A program made the translations under genes and the position numbers. Shown one piece after another: positions 52,603 to 62,882 of a stretch of 64,000 bases of DNA. This DNA is from Chitinophagaceae bacterium (lineage in GTDB: Bacteria > Bacteroidota > Bacteroidia > Chitinophagales > Chitinophagaceae): contig JBGSPB010000015.1 of assembly GCA_041738795.1 (NCBI GenBank), forward strand, positions 108,227-172,226, given 5' to 3'. The stretch's first letter is position 1, and every line of letters begins with the position of its first letter. A model generated the notes under the pieces. The model had not been told where the DNA came from. It saw only the letters and a program-made list of their open reading frames with translations, and searched no databases.

Positions 52603-55521
52603 TTACTGAACCAGGATAGTTCTGGTTCCGATAGTGGCAAGATGATTTACAAGGTAAGCGGTGTAAACACCTGGTGACAAAGTTGCCGGGATTGTAAATA
52701 CCTGGTTGATAAAGCCTGCCTGGATGTTCATATTCCGCTGAAATACCAGTTGCCCGTTACTGTTGAATAATAACAAGCCATAATAGCCCGGTGTGATATC
52801 AGTCATTGTTAACCTTACATCTGTGCCCCTTACAGCCGGGCTCGGATATAAGCTGAATCCCGGGTTAATTGATAATACAGTAAAAGACTGTTGAAGGCCA
52901 TAAGAAATACCTCCATTATTAACTGCATAAGCCTTGTAATAGTAAGTAGCACCCTGAACAAGACCTGATAATGAAATAGTGAAATTACCTCCGGTAAGAT
53001 TAGAAGAAGCTACCTGTATACCTGTTCCATTGGTAAATCCGTTCACACCGCTGTATTCAATACCATAAGTAGTTACATTCGAACAACCATTATCGGAAAC
53101 AGAGCCTGCCAGTACAGCAGACTGTGTTGTAAGACCGGTTGTTGCACCTGTAATTACGGTGGCCAGTGTATTAACTCCATTGCCGGAAGCAGCTACAGTA
53201 ATAACCGTAGCACCTCCCCCACTTACGGGTATATTACCATTATAAGATTGTACTGCTGCTGGCGTAAATTTCACAAAGACAGTTTTGCTTTGTGTACCCC
53301 CTGTCTGAGCAATAGCCAATGTAGTTACATAGGTGCCACCAGCAATTTCTGAAAATGTATATCCTGCTAATGGACCAACTGATAATGCAACAGTTGTCAG
53401 GTTAGCACCATTAATAATAAATGAATTGGGGCCGGCTGTAGTGGTTATACAGGCATTTCCAAATGGTGTTAATGCTGTTGCTGTTAATACCGGAGGTGGT
53501 GGTGCCGCTGTAGTAAAAGATTGTTGCACTCCATAAGTAGTGCCACCTGCGTTGGTGGCAAAAGCTTTATAATAATACGTTGTGCTCGGTATTAATCCAC
53601 TTAAGCCAGATGTAAAGTTGCCCCCGGAAATATTAGTCGACACAACTTGTAAACCACTACCATTGGGGAATCCGCTAGTGGTACTATATTCAATACCATA
53701 CACAGTCACTGAAGTACATCCAGCAGCAGCAATAGTACCAGCCAGTGAAGCTGTGGTGGTTGTTATTGCACTGGCACCACCAGTACTAACAGAAGGGGCC
53801 GTATTAACACCAGCACCTGATGCACTCACATTCACAGTTGCAGCTACGCCCCCGCCGGCTACAGGTATATCACCACTATACGATTGTACAGCAACAGGTG
53901 TAAATTTCACAAATACATCCTGCGAGTAGGTGCCACCGGGTTGGGTAAGACTAAGCGATGCAGTGTAAGTTCCTCCGGCTGTAGTGGAGAAAGTAAATCC
54001 AGCCAACGGACCAACAGTTACATCGGCTGTTGTAAGATTAGCACCCGATATGGCAAACGAATTAGGACCGGCAGTTATATTGATACAAACATTACCAAAC
54101 GCAGTCAATGCAGTCGTATTTATTGTCGGATTGGGTGTGGCAGTTGTGAAAGACTGTTCAGTTCCATAACCGGTGCCGCCCGCATTAGTAGCATAAGCTT
54201 TGTAATAAAAAGTCGTTCCTGAGGTCAGACCCGCAAGGGCTGAAGTATAGTTGCCACCGGAAATATTGGTAGAAGCAACCTGAATTCCCGATCCATTGGG
54301 AAATCCGCTTGTTGTACTATATTCTATTCCATAAACAGTAACAGGAGTACAGCCAGTAGCCGTGATTGTACCGGCCAGTGTTGCTGAAACCTGTGTTATG
54401 GTTGTAGCAGAGCCGGTTGTAAGTGACGGAATCGTATTAACGCCGGCACCTGAAGCTGCCGCATTGATGGCTGTTGTTACTCCACCTCCGGCTACAGCAA
54501 TATTTCCATTGTAAGACTGTACAGCAACAGGGTCAAATTTCACAAATACCTGTTGAGAAAATGCTCCCCCCGGTTGTGTGATATTTAATGTCGTTGTATA
54601 AGTACCTCCTGCTGTTGTTGAATAAGTATATCCGGCTAAAGCAGCTACTGTAACATCCGCTGTAGTAAGATTTGAACCGGTAATAGTGAACGAGTTGGGA
54701 CCCGAAGTAGTATTGATACATACATTCCCAAAAGGCGACAAAGGAGAAGATATCGTCAATGCCGGAGTAGCAACACCACCGGGTGTTACATCAGCCCAAG
54801 CTGTTCCTACCCTTACTTCATCAATATCTACGGGTGCTGTTTCAGGACCAGTATCCTGGCGAAGTAGAATCCTTTCTATTCCGGCTGTACTAATATCAGT
54901 TCCCGGTACTGCAGTTATATCTGCCGCAGGCTCTGCTCCTCCAATGGCAGCTGTATTCAGCCATAACCTGGCAACATCATTTGCAGTACCCGTAATAATA
55001 TCATAAGCGGCTACTACAAAATAAGAACTTCCCGGGTCAAGATCATTCGGCAGCCAGCTTACAGCAGAATTACTTCTTGTGGAAATGCCAATATTATATT
55101 TACCTGTTGTTATGCTTGCTCTTGTCCAAATTGAAGCACCGAACGCTGATGTAGAACCTGTTTGCATTAATGTAATAAAATATCCACCTGTCGCATCCAA
55201 ACTGCCTAAAGACGGAGTATTCATTATAAAAGAGTAATAAACGGTTCCGGAAGTTTGTGGGGTAAACAAACGGTAATAATCCGCACCTGCTCCTTCAAAC
55301 GAAACTTTGTTACCTGTAGATGCGGCCAAGCCTGGGTATGATAAATTTCCTGCAGTTACAAGTATAGTATCTCCTGTATTGACCCGTAGCCAAAGTCCCC
55401 CACTCTGTACATAAAGGCCATTGGTTGGATCAGGAGTATAATTAAATGGCTCAAATAATAATTGTGCTTTAATAGTCATTGCTACAAGACTCAACAACAT
55501 TAAAAAATAAAGCTTCTTCAT
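52603..55521 (-). CDS. T9SS type-A-CTD secreted protein: lectin/jelly-roll-like N-terminus plus three Ig/FN3-like units
   Basis: Signal peptide; ..DIDEVRVGTAWADV domain end; repeated YGIEYS..YYYKA.A.N.GG..YG..QSFT; C-terminal LYPSP..LFNSNGQ..PGVY..ILVQ. Confidence 0.85.
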   Translation of the reverse strand: MKKLYFLMLLSLVAMTIKAQLLFEPFNYTPDPTNGLYVQSGGLWLRVNTGDTILVTAGNLSYPGLAASTGNKVSFEGAGADYYRLFTPQTSGTVYYSFIMNTPSLGSLDATGGYFITLMQTGSTSAFGASIWTRASITTGKYNIGISTRSNSAVSWLPNDLDPGSSYFVVAAYDIITGTANDVARLWLNTAAIGGAEPAADITAVPGTDISTAGIERILLRQDTGPETAPVDIDEVRVGTAWADVTPGGVATPALTISSPLSPFGNVCINTTSGPNSFTITGSNLTTADVTVAALAGYTYSTTAGGTYTTTLNITQPGGAFSQQVFVKFDPVAVQSYNGNIAVAGGGVTTAINAAASGAGVNTIPSLTTGSATTITQVSATLAGTITATGCTPVTVYGIEYSTTSGFPNGSGIQVASTNISGGNYTSALAGLTSGTTFYYKAYATNAGGTGYGTEQSFTTATPNPTINTTALTAFGNVCINITAGPNSFAISGANLTTADVTVGPLAGFTFSTTAGGTYTASLSLTQPGGTYSQDVFVKFTPVAVQSYSGDIPVAGGGVAATVNVSASGAGVNTAPSVSTGGASAITTTTASLAGTIAAAGCTSVTVYGIEYSTTSGFPNGSGLQVVSTNISGGNFTSGLSGLIPSTTYYYKAFATNAGGTTYGVQQSFTTAAPPPPVLTATALTPFGNACITTTAGPNSFIINGANLTTVALSVGPLAGYTFSEIAGGTYVTTLAIAQTGGTQSKTVFVKFTPAAVQSYNGNIPVSGGGATVITVAASGNGVNTLATVITGATTGLTTQSAVLAGSVSDNGCSNVTTYGIEYSGVNGFTNGTGIQVASSNLTGGNFTISLSGLVQGATYYYKAYAVNNGGISYGLQQSFTVLSINPGFSLYPSPAVRGTDVRLTMTDITPGYYGLLLFNSNGQLVFQRNMNIQAGFINQVFTIPATLSPGVYTAYLVNHLATIGTRTILVQ
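52870..54770 (-). repeat. Three 633-bp (211-aa) intragenic units
   Basis: The YKA-encoding anchor recurs at 52931, 53564 and 54197. Boundaries approximate. Confidence 0.85.
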
Positions 55522-55548
55522 ACTCTATATATTTAGCATAACATGTTA

Positions 55549-55580
55549 AAAAATATCAGCAGTGCAAAAGCACTGCTGAT
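55549..55580 (-). terminator. Terminator-like hairpin between DUF5689 lipoprotein and T9SS cargo gene
   Basis: ATCAGCAGTGC-AAAA-GCACTGCTGAT (55555-55580); on the minus strand followed by ATTTTTT. Confidence 0.75.
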
Positions 55581-55591
55581 TCAGGCATTTA

Positions 55592-57703
55592 TTAGTTCCA
55601 GGATAATGAAAGATCGTCAATAGCTGTTGAAGCACGGCTTCCGCTTCCCGTTGTGCCGGCTAGTGTTACGATCCTGATCCACACTTTTTGGTTAAGGTTA
55701 TCCAATGCATTTCCAAAATTCACGGTCACATTGGTGCTGCCAAATGCATTACTACTGGTCAGAGTTCCAGGATTGGTAGCCACTGTTGTAAAAGTTCCGG
55801 GTGTATCACCAAGGCCATATTGTACAACCCAGGTCGTAGTTCTGCCAATAGAATTATCCAGTGACTGCAACAAGAAGCTCATCTGGAAGTTAGTCTTACC
55901 CGTGGTATTATCCAGTAAAAAGGTATAGGCAGAGCCGGGGTCGTAACCCGCAGAACTTGTTTGGCGAATACCCAATGCCCTGTTAGCAGCAGCATTTTGG
56001 GTGGTAACATCAGTGGTGGCAGTCAATCCAGTTGCAGAAGCAAAATTCTTAAGGCCGGCACTTGTCTGGTTCCAGGCAGTAGGTGTACCTAAACCACTGC
56101 CATATTGTGGCATATCACCGGTTCCGAGAGACGTTGATGTAGCCCCAATCTTAGCATAAATTCCCTGGGGTAGCCCAGAAGCAATACCATTAAAATCCTG
56201 CAGGTAAGGTGATGCCGTTAACGGAATTCCTGTACCTCCGGGAGGAGGACCACTTCCGGCCACAACATCCGAGAGATTACGAATGGAAATTTCTTTGGTG
56301 GCATTGAAAGGTGTGAGGTAACCTGTCAATGATAAAGCTGTAGCAGGATAAGGTGTACTGGCAAAAGTGGCAGAACTGGAAGTGAAGGCAATTAAGTTGC
56401 CGGTTCCATCAGACAGTGTTACATTTCCACTCCAGTTACTAGCAGACCCACCGGTCAGTGAATTAATGTTCACTATTTTAACAAGGGTTGATTCCCAGGC
56501 TTCAAAATTTGTGTTAACCTCACTGATAGTTGCTGTTCGCGGTGTAATTGTTTTGCCTGTTGAAATCAATGAAGCATACCCCAGCGGTACATTATTTACC
56601 TGGAGAAGTGCATTAAACTCAGAAAGTTCCTGTCCGGAAATGTTCACATCTATAGAATCACCCAGGTTAAAACTGTGATTAGCATCAAATCTCACTAGTA
56701 TACCTGACAGGTTATTTCCTTGCTGCAAATAAATATTACGGCTATTGAGATTATTCGTGCTTCTGTCGCTGATAACCACACCGGTAATTCTTCTGCCATT
56801 AGGTGCATACGTTGTAGATCCGGTAAATAAGGCTCTTACATCAGCGGTATTCATTAATGTAGTAGGACCGCTTCCACAACGGGATCCATAGAAACGGACA
56901 TCAGTTGTATCCCGTATTGTAAACTGTTTGGTACTGTTGAAAATAGAATACACCCCGATGATCTCACCATTTCCCTGGGGAACAGGAATGGTGGCAAAAT
57001 TCGCATAGTTGCTGGTACGCAATGTAAGCCTGTTAGTACCAGGATTAACACAACCCTGGATAATACGATTTCCGGATTGATCATCATCTGCATAGTTTTT
57101 TCCAAGTTCACCAGCACCAAATTCAAAATCCTGGAGTTTCACTACTGTGTTAACATACCTGTCCTGAAGAGTAGTACCCAACTGTGAAACAGATACAATT
57201 CTAGGCAAAAGTGGTTGGTTCAATACTCCTTTCACGAGGTGCTGATCCTGCAGGTTTACAGCCAGTAGCGTTACGCCTCCGCCACCAACTTCTACTCCAC
57301 CGCCTAATTGTATCATACGGCCATATTCTCCCAAATAAAGACCTTTACATTTTACAAAAACCTGCCTGCCGACAGGATAGTTATTAAAATGATTATTACC
57401 TGCCAGCCGAAGCAGTATACCCCCTGTTGAGTCCTGTATGGAAATCTGTTGATAAAAATTACCACTCCTGTCATCGCAGGATACTACACCCTCAATGATT
57501 ACATCATCAGTGATGGCAACAGTAGTGCCAGTAGCAGTCAGTCTTGCCTTCAGATCTTTAATAGATGTGTTAGCTACAATATCGGGTGCCCCGATCGGAG
57601 GAGGGTTATCAAATTTCTTTGTACAGGAATTCAAAAGCAATGTAACTGTTGCAACAGCCATTACACTAGTGAACCATTTATTTATACTTGTCATTTTCAT
57701 CAT
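55592..57703 (-). CDS. DUF5689-like OB-fold surface lipoprotein with C-terminal beta-sandwich
   Basis: Lipobox LLLNSC; IEGVVSCDDRSGNFYQQISIQDSTGGI, GRQVFVKCKGLYLG, LRTSNYANFA; second OB repeat GVVISD..IYLQQG. Confidence 0.82.
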   Translation of the reverse strand: MMKMTSINKWFTSVMAVATVTLLLNSCTKKFDNPPPIGAPDIVANTSIKDLKARLTATGTTVAITDDVIIEGVVSCDDRSGNFYQQISIQDSTGGILLRLAGNNHFNNYPVGRQVFVKCKGLYLGEYGRMIQLGGGVEVGGGGVTLLAVNLQDQHLVKGVLNQPLLPRIVSVSQLGTTLQDRYVNTVVKLQDFEFGAGELGKNYADDDQSGNRIIQGCVNPGTNRLTLRTSNYANFATIPVPQGNGEIIGVYSIFNSTKQFTIRDTTDVRFYGSRCGSGPTTLMNTADVRALFTGSTTYAPNGRRITGVVISDRSTNNLNSRNIYLQQGNNLSGILVRFDANHSFNLGDSIDVNISGQELSEFNALLQVNNVPLGYASLISTGKTITPRTATISEVNTNFEAWESTLVKIVNINSLTGGSASNWSGNVTLSDGTGNLIAFTSSSATFASTPYPATALSLTGYLTPFNATKEISIRNLSDVVAGSGPPPGGTGIPLTASPYLQDFNGIASGLPQGIYAKIGATSTSLGTGDMPQYGSGLGTPTAWNQTSAGLKNFASATGLTATTDVTTQNAAANRALGIRQTSSAGYDPGSAYTFLLDNTTGKTNFQMSFLLQSLDNSIGRTTTWVVQYGLGDTPGTFTTVATNPGTLTSSNAFGSTNVTVNFGNALDNLNQKVWIRIVTLAGTTGSGSRASTAIDDLSLSWN

Positions 57704-57748
57704 ATTATAATTTGTGTTTTCAAAATTGCCGGGTAATTGAACCTTTAA

Positions 57749-58480
57749 TTATTGAATGTCTGAAGCAGCCCGGATACCAATTTGTGTTGTTGCATTATAA
57801 ATAGATACATACCCAGTAATGGAAGTGCCTGCTGTATTTACAGTGATACCTGAAACATTTCTTACAAACATGGACATAGTACCCGTTGCATCAGTTATAT
57901 TATATGTAATGCCTGTCGAATTGCTCGCTGCCTGGGTAATAGAAGTGATACTATTCACTTTTACCAATGAAGATGCCCAGGTACTACGGTTAGTAATAAT
58001 TTCGGCAATAGTGGCAACACGGGGCGATACACTAAATGTTCCTGCAATCGGAATCACTTTCGACTGGGGAACACTTTTTAGTTCAAGGTCGCCGTTCCAC
58101 AAAGTAAACACTCCTGCACCTGCTGCATCTATTTCCAGTACATTGCCTAAAGAATAAACAGGCGATCCCACCACAGTATAGAGATAGATACCGGCACCGC
58201 TTTCATCCTGTAACCGGTAATTTCCTGCAGCTTCATTGGCACTGTTTGAAATAACCACTCCCCTGATCTTTTTTGTACCAGCCGGGATTACCATATCACC
58301 ACTGCCAGTATACAAGGCCCTGAAATCAGTGAAAGACATATAGGTTCCCGGAGGCGGTGGAGGTAATGGATCGGGTTCTGTCGGACCAATAGGTTCTCTA
58401 TCACAGGAAAATAACAGCACACTTGTCACCATTAGGACAACCAGTGCAGAAAATGAAAGTTTTATTGTTTTGAATGACAT
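57749..58480 (-). CDS. DUF5689-like OB-fold lipoprotein
   Basis: Lipobox LLFSC; IRGVVISN..GNYRLQDESGAGI, SSLVKV, ITGYVSIYN..QIGIR. Confidence 0.75.
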   Translation of the reverse strand: MSFKTIKLSFSALVVLMVTSVLLFSCDREPIGPTEPDPLPPPPPGTYMSFTDFRALYTGSGDMVIPAGTKKIRGVVISNSANEAAGNYRLQDESGAGIYLYTVVGSPVYSLGNVLEIDAAGAGVFTLWNGDLELKSVPQSKVIPIAGTFSVSPRVATIAEIITNRSTWASSLVKVNSITSITQAASNSTGITYNITDATGTMSMFVRNVSGITVNTAGTSITGYVSIYNATTQIGIRAASDIQ

Positions 58481-58511
58481 AAAATTATTTTTTATCGCTG
58501 TTGATCAATTA

Positions 58512-61103
58512 TTAAAACCGGAGTGTCATGCTGGCAAAAAAGTTCAGCCCATACGCATAATACAATCTGGGAGGAAATTTTCCTACACTCACCGGGTCAG
58601 CAGCAGATGTCTGTGCATCATAACGTAATTGCTCAAACCCTCCTGTTACAATTTCTTTATTGTTGAGTATATTATTGACACCTAAATTGAAAACAAGAAA
58701 AGTTGGTTTTTTATTGACTTCAAAATCTTTCGGCATCTTCAGAGAGTACCCGCCAAAAAAATCAACAGTGTATTGTGCATCGAACTTTGTCTGGTTGAAA
58801 ATTTCATTATAGGCATCACTTTTGGGAACTACATATTGCAAAGCTTCCCAGGTACGACGCAGCGGGTTCATACTGAGATAGGATTGATCAAAGAAGTTTC
58901 CTGTCAGGCTGACGAACCAAAACTTAGGAGAACGATAGCTGGCGCCAAAACTGTACGCTTCCATCGGCGTGGAAGGCACTCTGAAGTTTTCAGCATAAAT
59001 AACTTGTTTCCCTAAAATAGAAGCACTGTTGTCAACCGTGATAACCGCATTTTGTTTACTGTCATAATAATAACGGCCAACAGCAGCAGCCGCATTCAGT
59101 GTGATGGTTGGTGTCACTTTCACCTCCAAACCAAACTCACCACCAAAATGGAGCTTATCGATTCCATTGATAGCATAGTTCACAAAATTCTGATAAGTAT
59201 CATGGTAGAATGACATTACATCCATCCCATCCTGGAAACGGGTATAATAACCACCCAGTCTTATTTTAAATTTCGGGGCATTCATAATGTAGCCAGCTTC
59301 CACCGTCTGAATGGTTTCGCTTGTCACATTATCCTGTTGCGCATTTCTGGTTCGTGGAGAAACATATACATTTTCAAAATATGGCGCTCTTGTCTGGTAA
59401 GAACCATTAGCAAAAATATAATTACGGCCATCGATTTTATAAGTGATACCAGCTTTTCCTGCATAATTTGTAAACTCATTTTCTATACCCTTCCCTTTAG
59501 AATTATCCGGGAAAAGGCCATTCTTCGTATTCCCGTCCCGGTGGAACTGCGTATAAGAAACTGAACCAGCCAGGAAGAAATCAATTTTGCTGAATTTGAA
59601 AACTCCCTGCGCCCATCCGGAAGCTCTTGAAATATTGATATTGTAGTCGTAACCAAATTTATCGCCTTTATATAAAATGCGGTTTGGATTATCCAGGTCA
59701 AACTGGTTGGCTGAATTGTCAACAGGGAAATCCCTTTCTGCAAACTGGTTCACATTCAGATAAAATTGTCCGCCAAGCAGATCATCCACTTTTTTGAAGT
59801 AATGGTTGTTTTGCTGCTGGTATGAAGCACCTGCAGTAAAATCGATATGTTCACCAAATTTTGTATTAATAACTGAGTTGGCATTAAATCGCTTCGTGTT
59901 AATAATTCTTTCTTCAATGATATAACGTGAACGGGAACCACTCACTGTATTACCAGGTATACCGTTAGCGTTATTAACAGTAGCAAAGCTTGCCCTGTTT
60001 ACATCATATAATCGTTGCCAGTTGATCTGGCGGTAATTAATATCACTTTTCATCAGGTCATACAACATTTGTCCCTGAACAGGATCTGTAGTACTAGCCC
60101 ATGTAGATGTATAGCTGGGGAGATAACGATAGTAATCTGGCCTGGGGTCAGCTGCATTATACCAGTCCAGCGCTGTTACACTTCTGTCACCAAAGGAATA
60201 GCCAAGGGCAGTTGTCAGCGTGGTATTATTATTGATCCGGAAATCATGTGTCAGTATCGCAACAGGTTGATGCGTTTTGCCAACACTTGCATTACGTTTC
60301 TTACCATTCTGATATCCCCAGTTGGGGTTGTAGAAATTAGTACCTGCCAGATCCAGCATTTCCTGTACTGCTGCACCCTGGCGTCCATTTTCGGTAGGTG
60401 CACCAAATGCCGTAAACGAAAGAAGGTGGTTTTGTCCGATACGTTTATCTATAGCTGCAAAATATCCCCAACCATTATAATACGTTCCCGGAACATATCC
60501 TTCGTCTGCCCAGCGGCGGCTGCCACTAATGGTGAAAGCCCAGCCTTTTTTGCTCAGGCCGGTAGAGTGGGTGATCATGATCCTGTTATTATAATTCCTG
60601 TTTGCAGCAGCATAACCAATACTTGTTTGTGCCCTTTGTCTGCTGGCACGGGAATCAATACTGGTATTTCCGCCAATATCACCAAAAGTGAAAGTATTAT
60701 AACGTAGACCCCAGGATATATCCCTGTTACGCATAACATCATTTAGCCCTCCCCACAATCCAAACGGAGTAAATCCATTATCCAGGTTGTCCATGGGAAT
60801 GCCATTCATAAAAGTGCTGAACAGATCATTATCATAACCACGTATGCGGAAACGAACAGCACTGAAATTAAAGGAAGCAGCAGAATAGAACGGATCCCTT
60901 CCGGCTGTAAGCAATGAAGAGATGTTTTGATTTCCACCATCCCCCATATCATTTTCATCTAATGACACGGTAGGCAAATTATCCAATACACCGTCTTTGA
61001 GTTCGTCAACAAATGATGTATCCTTTTTGGCGGTGGAATCTACCTGCGCCGAAGCTGCAATTCCGGCGCATAAAAGCAGCAGTAACAGTCTGGTTTTAAG
61101 CAT
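58512..61103 (-). CDS. TonB-dependent receptor (non-SusC type)
   Basis: Signal peptide, plug FRIRGYD..MNGIPM, amphipathic beta-strands, C-terminal Phe (..SMTLRF). Confidence 0.9.
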   Translation of the reverse strand: MLKTRLLLLLLCAGIAASAQVDSTAKKDTSFVDELKDGVLDNLPTVSLDENDMGDGGNQNISSLLTAGRDPFYSAASFNFSAVRFRIRGYDNDLFSTFMNGIPMDNLDNGFTPFGLWGGLNDVMRNRDISWGLRYNTFTFGDIGGNTSIDSRASRQRAQTSIGYAAANRNYNNRIMITHSTGLSKKGWAFTISGSRRWADEGYVPGTYYNGWGYFAAIDKRIGQNHLLSFTAFGAPTENGRQGAAVQEMLDLAGTNFYNPNWGYQNGKKRNASVGKTHQPVAILTHDFRINNNTTLTTALGYSFGDRSVTALDWYNAADPRPDYYRYLPSYTSTWASTTDPVQGQMLYDLMKSDINYRQINWQRLYDVNRASFATVNNANGIPGNTVSGSRSRYIIEERIINTKRFNANSVINTKFGEHIDFTAGASYQQQNNHYFKKVDDLLGGQFYLNVNQFAERDFPVDNSANQFDLDNPNRILYKGDKFGYDYNINISRASGWAQGVFKFSKIDFFLAGSVSYTQFHRDGNTKNGLFPDNSKGKGIENEFTNYAGKAGITYKIDGRNYIFANGSYQTRAPYFENVYVSPRTRNAQQDNVTSETIQTVEAGYIMNAPKFKIRLGGYYTRFQDGMDVMSFYHDTYQNFVNYAINGIDKLHFGGEFGLEVKVTPTITLNAAAAVGRYYYDSKQNAVITVDNSASILGKQVIYAENFRVPSTPMEAYSFGASYRSPKFWFVSLTGNFFDQSYLSMNPLRRTWEALQYVVPKSDAYNEIFNQTKFDAQYTVDFFGGYSLKMPKDFEVNKKPTFLVFNLGVNNILNNKEIVTGGFEQLRYDAQTSAADPVSVGKFPPRLYYAYGLNFFASMTLRF

Positions 61104-61126
61104 GATTTATTTTTTAAGCAAGAGTG

Positions 61127-61238
61127 CAAAATTACTGATGATAGTCCCATAGTGCGAAAAAAAGATAGACACATAATATTTTATTAATAGTGCATGACTT
61201 TTTACATCTTGTCAGCGTCTTTTGTTTCAGTATGTTTG
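61127..61238. promoter_or_regulatory. Divergent promoters for the TBDR operon and the EEP nuclease
   Basis: Minus strand TAATTTTG at 61127-61134 with TTCG 20 nt upstream; plus strand TATGTTTG at 61231-61238. Confidence 0.6.
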
Positions 61239-61263
61239 CCCTGCTTAATATATTGATTGATAT

Positions 61264-62322
61264 ATGAAAAAAATATTCGTATTTATACTTCTGCTGACGG
61301 TTAATATTTCCCTTTTAGCCCAAAAAAAAGACTATAAAGCTGCTGTCATTGCCTTTTACAACCTCGAAAATCTCTTTGATACGCTGGATAATACACTGAT
61401 TAATGATGAAGAGTTTTTACCCAGCGGACCCCGCAATTATAATAGTGAAATTTATTTTGACAAGTTAAATAAGCTGGCGACAGTTATTTCACAGTTAGGA
61501 ACAGAAATGAACCCGGACGGGCCTGCTATTTTAGGCGTTGCTGAGGTGGAAAATGACACGGTATTAAATGATTTGGTCAGGCATAAGTTGATCGAAAAAA
61601 GAAATTATAAAATTGTTCATTATGATTCAAGGGATTTTCGGGGCATTGACGTTGGACTATTGTATAATCCCAAATATTTTATAGTAGAGGCAAGTGATAA
61701 ACTATTTGTACAACTGCCAGGTGGTTCAAAAGACGCATATTTTACCCGTGATATTTTATGGGTAAAAGGCAAACTGGGAGGTGAGACCATTCATATTTAT
61801 GTAAATCACTGGCCCAGCCGCAGTGGTGGTGAGCAACGAAGTGCCCCGGCAAGGAATGCAGCTGCACAGGTATGTAAAAATCATATGGATTCTATTGCTA
61901 AACTGGAACCTAATCCCAAAGTGATTGTGATGGGCGACCTGAATGATGACCCAACGAATGAAAGTGTGGAAGGCATACTAAAAGCAAAAGGAAAAGAAAG
62001 AGATGTAAGGGCAGGCGGCATGTTTAATCCCTGGATGGATTTGTATAAAAAAGGTATTGGCACACTGGCATACCAGGATGCATGGGGTCTTTTTGACCAG
62101 ATATTAATTTCACATGCCTGGCTGAATAAGGATCAAACTGGTTTCTTTTTTTACCAGCAGCATATTTTCAATAAAGAATACCTGGTCGAAAACAAAGGGC
62201 GGTATAAAGGTTACCCGATGCGTACCTGGGATGGTAATACTTATCGTGGTGGCTATAGTGACCATTTCCCCACCTATCTTATTATGCTGAGAGAAGTAAA
62301 GAAGGAAAAGAAAGGATTTTAA
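61264..62322 (+). CDS. Secreted endonuclease/exonuclease/phosphatase (DNase I-like) family protein
   Basis: Signal peptide; FYNLENLFD, GVAEVEN, RGIDVGLLY, VNHWPSR, MGDLND, LFDQI, GYSDHFP. Confidence 0.93.
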   Translation: MKKIFVFILLLTVNISLLAQKKDYKAAVIAFYNLENLFDTLDNTLINDEEFLPSGPRNYNSEIYFDKLNKLATVISQLGTEMNPDGPAILGVAEVENDTVLNDLVRHKLIEKRNYKIVHYDSRDFRGIDVGLLYNPKYFIVEASDKLFVQLPGGSKDAYFTRDILWVKGKLGGETIHIYVNHWPSRSGGEQRSAPARNAAAQVCKNHMDSIAKLEPNPKVIVMGDLNDDPTNESVEGILKAKGKERDVRAGGMFNPWMDLYKKGIGTLAYQDAWGLFDQILISHAWLNKDQTGFFFYQQHIFNKEYLVENKGRYKGYPMRTWDGNTYRGGYSDHFPTYLIMLREVKKEKKGF

Positions 62323-62421
62323 AATTTTACACTCAAAATCAAGTATTTATCTCTTCTTTACGATTTGAAGGAGTTTAAAAACTTCTTCTAAAAGTTCGTT
62401 ATACTTCTGGCGGTAAACCCT

Positions 62422-62429
62422 TATCTTTG
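62422..62429 (+). promoter_or_regulatory. -7 promoter element of the rpsF operon
   Basis: TATCTTTG ~90 nt upstream of rpsF. Confidence 0.65.
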
Positions 62430-62521
62430 CCGCCCCAAATCTGTGTTCGCAGATTCTTTGCCGGCATTTCCGGTACTGTCCAATGGGATAAATCGAATTT
62501 TTAAACTAAAAAAACAGGTAA

Positions 62522-62878
62522 ATGAACAATTACGAATTGATGGTGATTTTTACCCCTGTTTTGAGCGATGATGAGTTCAAAGCTGAGCAAAAAAAATATG
62601 CAAAGCTGGTTACCGATGCTGGTGGCTCTATCGTAGCTGAAAACCCCTGGGGATTGAAATCACTTGCGTATCCGATTCAGAAAAAGACTACTGGTCTTTA
62701 TTGGGTCATGGAGTACACTGCGCAATCCGACTTCAATGAGAAGCTGAAAATCCAGCTTCTGCGTGACGAGAGTGTTCTTCGTCACTTATGCACTAAACTC
62801 GATAAATACGCCGTCGAGTATAATGCCAGAAAGAAAAGTGGTGTAAAATCAGGAACCGAAAAAACAGTGGAGGCTTAA
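62522..62878 (+). CDS. rpsF: 30S ribosomal protein bS6
   Basis: [36 protein letters not shown]. Confidence 0.98.
   Translation: MNNYELMVIFTPVLSDDEFKAEQKKYAKLVTDAGGSIVAENPWGLKSLAYPIQKKTTGLYWVMEYTAQSDFNEKLKIQLLRDESVLRHLCTKLDKYAVEYNARKKSGVKSGTEKTVEA
62869..62873 (+). promoter_or_regulatory. Shine-Dalgarno sequence upstream of rpsR
   Basis: GGAGG ending 9 nt before the rpsR ATG, inside the last codons of rpsF. Confidence 0.7.
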
Positions 62879-62882
62879 TATC

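Noticed and set aside
60015-60707. Long antisense ORFs (230 aa here; also 18321-18803, 16150-16578 and similar)
   Set aside because: Shadow frames of well-supported genes on the opposite strand, with no motifs or signals of their own.
58512-61103. Classical SusC/SusD polysaccharide utilisation locus
   Set aside because: The receptor lacks SusC length and motifs, and there is no SusD or glycoside hydrolase nearby.
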